Below, in pieces: positions 60,859 to 64,000 of a stretch of 64,000 nt of DNA. The notes beneath the pieces are model-generated. The model was not told where the DNA came from. It did no database searches and saw only the letters and a program-made list of their open reading frames with translations. The DNA is from the human T2T-CHM13v2.0 reference genome, Homo sapiens. Both the position numbers and the translations under genes were made by a program. Within the stretch, counting starts at the first letter, position 1; the number at the start of each line of letters is the position of its first letter. Location: assembly GCF_009914755.1 (NCBI RefSeq), contig NC_060926.1; one strand, given 5' to 3'.

Positions 60859-61254
60859 AATACTCCCTGATCTCAGACAGGTGGACCCACCCTGGACTTC
60901 CATGGTCCTTCTCGCTTCTACTAGAATGTTCTTCCTGTCTGTCTTCATTCCTAGACTGTTAGCTGCATGAGACTGTATCAACTTTGCTCAATATCATATC
61001 AGTAGGTAGCACTGTACCTAAATGTTTATTGCATAAATAAATATTTTCTTGCACCCAATTGTTTACTAGATTTTCTTTGCCTATGGTTGCCTGAAGACAG
61101 GAATTGTGTCTTATCAAGCTCCATATCCCCAGCACAGCCATGGTGGTGTCCAGCACAAAGCAGGAGCAGCAGTTATTTGTGAAATAAATTAATACATGCA
61201 TAGATGGATGGCTGGATTTGTTAGCTAAGAATATATGTATATTTGTGTGTGTAG

Positions 61255-62150
61255 GTGGAAGACTTTTTATCAGATAACCCCAGCAAGGACAGAAATTTAA
61301 TTTTCTTACTTCTCTACATTCAGGGCTAGGAAAGCACTTACAATGGAATAAGTAGTCAGTATGTTCATTCAATTTACTAATTAAATGAATAAATAAATGA
61401 ATTTGTAGTTTGCTCTTTCCTACAGAACTAAATTGAGACATATTAGTTGTCAAATGACTGCAGCTTATATTATATTTAACAGATTCTATTGTAATTTGAT
61501 ATTTTTTTCAATGACCAAGTTGTTTAGTATTAATTCTGACCTAGTAATCATACTAATGTAGTGATTCTCAAGTGGCATTGATTTTGCCACCCGAGAGATG
61601 TTGAGCAACGGCTGGGGAGATTTCCGGTTGGCTCAACTAAGAGGATGTTACTGGCATCTAGTGGGTAGAAGCCAGGGATGCTGCTGAAATCGTACAATGC
61701 CCAGGTCAGTCCCCCTACAAAGAAGAATGACCCACTCACATATTTCAATATGTGCAAAGGTTAAGAAACACTGGATGAAAATTCAGGGAAACAAAGACGA
61801 CTAAGACATTGCTTTTGTCACTAAGAGACTCACAAGAGAAATAGATAGGTAAATAAATATAACAGGGTGACTTAAATGTAATAATCTAAATGTGTAGAAC
61901 AAATAGAGATGGAATAGGGTGGGAGTCATGAACTCACCTGGACTTCACATAAAAATTCTATAGAAAGGGGAACAGCTTGTGCAAAATCATATAAAAAAAC
62001 GTAGACTGAAAAATATACATTTAATAATGCCGAGAACTAGTAGGAACTGATTAGAAGGAAATGGAGATCCCCTTTACCAGGGAATGAACACCTAAGATGG
62101 ACATTAAGGCATCTTTTGATATCTGTAAAGGATGTTCAGCACCGCAGCCA
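61255..62150 (+). pseudogene. collagen-like exon remnants (61255-61358, ~62030-62150)
   Basis: gtgtAG|GT; QQ-GQK; YN-GIS; GDP-LYQ-GMN-T*D-GH*-GIF. Confidence 0.6.
61555..61773. mobile_element. MER20
   Basis: tactggcatctagtgggtagaagccagggatgctgctgaaat...aggttaagaaacactg. Confidence 0.8.
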
Positions 62151-62642
62151 TCTTATTAAACATTTCAATGTAAATTTTTGATTAAATGAATGACAGATAG
62201 ATTCATAGGGAAAAGGAGGCTTTACTTTATTTTAATATTAAAATAGAAAACCTCTAAGGCTGGCTGTGGATCCTGACTTTTCTTGGGAGGTGAGGACCCT
62301 TCTGTCATCTACATGTTCTCTTCCCCTCATCAATTTATTGCCTCTCAGCTTTAAATCCACCCTTCTCGCCCTGCTGTGAAATCTTGCAGCTGGGCCCTGT
62401 AAACATTTCCTCTCTGTCAGCTGGTAGAATGTTAGGCTTTCTCAGTAGAGATCAGTGGTATCATCCTGAAAGGGGCTGATGGAAGAGAGACATTTTCCTT
62501 CTAGGTTTCCGTCCTCAGTTGTTGTTGTTGCTACTATTATTACTATTCAGTGTGGGGTATATGTGATGTACATATCAATACGTATTTTGAAGACTCATAC
62601 TTTAAAACTTTTTGTAATGTCCATGCACCAATAAAAAGTTGG

Positions 62643-62942
62643 GGCCAGGCACTATGGCTCACAGTTGTAATCCTAACACTTTGGGAGGTCAAAGTGGGAG
62701 AATCTCTTGAGCCCTGGAGTTTGAGACCAGCCTGGGTAATATAAGATCTTTTCTCTACAAAAGAAAAATTTAAAAGTTAGCCAGCTATGATGGTGTCTGT
62801 AATCCCAGCTACTTGGGAGGTTGAGGTGGGAAGATTGAGCTGGGAAGTTGAGGCTGCAGTGGGTCATGGTTGCACCACACACTCCAGCTCAGCTAACAGA
62901 GTGAGACCCTGTCTCCAAAAAAAAAAAAAAAAAAAAAAAAAA
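62643..62942 (+). mobile_element. AluJ
   Basis: Diverged dimeric Alu with long poly-A. Confidence 0.9.
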
Positions 62943-63034
62943 GTTGTAGGTGAGAGATTGAAGACAAAAAGACCAATCTCTATTGCCCTCCTATAAAGTC
63001 TCTTTTCAGTTTCTACTTTCTGTTTGCATTCGCC

Positions 63035-63162
63035 TTTATTTTATTTAATTTTATTTTTAGTTCCACAGGTTTTTGGGAAACAGGTGGTGTTTGGTTACAT
63101 GAGTAAGTTCTTCAGTGGTGATTTGTGAGATTTTGGTGCACCCACCACCTGAGCAGTATACA
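63035..63162 (-). mobile_element. L1PB-type 3' end fragment
   Basis: ttttgggaaacaggtggtgtttggttacatgagtaagttcttcagtggtgatttgtgagattttggtgcaccc. Confidence 0.8.
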
Positions 63163-63468
63163 TTTGAATCCCCCTTTAGCTTGGGCAATTGACATGATGA
63201 ATTACTTTGAGTTAGACTTCCTGGTTCCTGGATTTAACACTAACCACATCTATAGCTTTGGGCAAAGTATGTACATTTTATGCATTGGAATCACCTTGTT
63301 TTATAATTGAGAGTATTTTAAATTGTTATTAAAAGGGAATACACTTTACATAGTGCCCTGAAACATGTAGATGATATAGAAAAAAATGTTTTAGAGAGTA
63401 CTCTGGCATACAGTAAGTGTTCAATAAATTTTTTTTTCCCTAAGCCAAAAATCTGTCTTCTAACACAG

Positions 63469-64000
63469 AGATGTGGCCTTATCTTTGAAAGCATTAGCAG
63501 GACCCTGTTACATGAAGACTATGACTCCTACACAAATATAGTAAGTACTGCATATCCAGTACTGGCCAACTAGTAAGTTAGTAAGATAGTTGTGGTAGAA
63601 TTAGGACCATTGAATAGAGTAATAATAACAGTTAACATTTATTGTGCAAAACCATAGATGAAGCAATGTTCCAGCTGGTTTTGCATAAATTAGCTCATTT
63701 AATTCTTAACAGCGACGCATCAGCTCATGTAACAGCAAATGTTCTCCCATCTTGTAATCGGGGATACTGAGGTGTCTACTCTGTAGAAAATTTGTCCGGG
63801 TCACAGAGCTAAGAAGGGGCAGTGAGGATTAGAAGCCTGTGAGTCTTCAGTGGTTCTAATGGCTGTATTATACTTCCTCTAAAAACCACAGGTATATGTG
63901 TTTTGGCTTAAAAATATATATTAGAATGGTGATGCTGGGAAGGACTTTGGCAATCAACCAACCTAACTGCTTGAAAGCCGGGGAGCTACTCACGTCCAGG
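63469..64000 (+). pseudogene. collagen-like exon remnants (63469-~63620, 63892-64000, runs off window)
   Basis: ALA-GPC; ST-GQL; GDA-GKD..GNQ..ESR-GAT-HVQ. Confidence 0.65.

Overview
Primate, probably human, genomic DNA (AluY/S/J, L1PA, THE1, MLT, Tigger, MER, MIR, L2). I find no intact protein-coding gene; the only recognisable proteins in the ORF track are broken L1 ORF2 pieces. Much of the non-transposon sequence, from base 1 to base 64000, reads on the + strand as a heavily decayed collagen (Gly-X-Y)n coding sequence. Every third codon is GGN or mostly a one-substitution neighbour of it (AGN, TGN, CGN, GAN, GTN, GCN), and X/Y codons are collagen-like (LP, FP, EK, PR, LK, PQ). The blocks are usually bounded by pyrimidine-rich AG acceptors and GT donors that split a Gly codon. 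By eye there are about 70-80 exon-like blocks totalling roughly 20-25 kb (about 7,000-8,000 codons), running off both ends with no terminal globular domain seen. This points to a giant collagen-like pseudogene, inactivated long ago (stops, frameshifts, old and young transposons inside exons). Many spacers between blocks are GT...AG micro-introns of only about 26-45 nt. A 61-bp VNTR carries seven TGCCGC (ZFP57-type) hexamers. Exon boundaries and repeat subfamily names were assigned by eye and are approximate.
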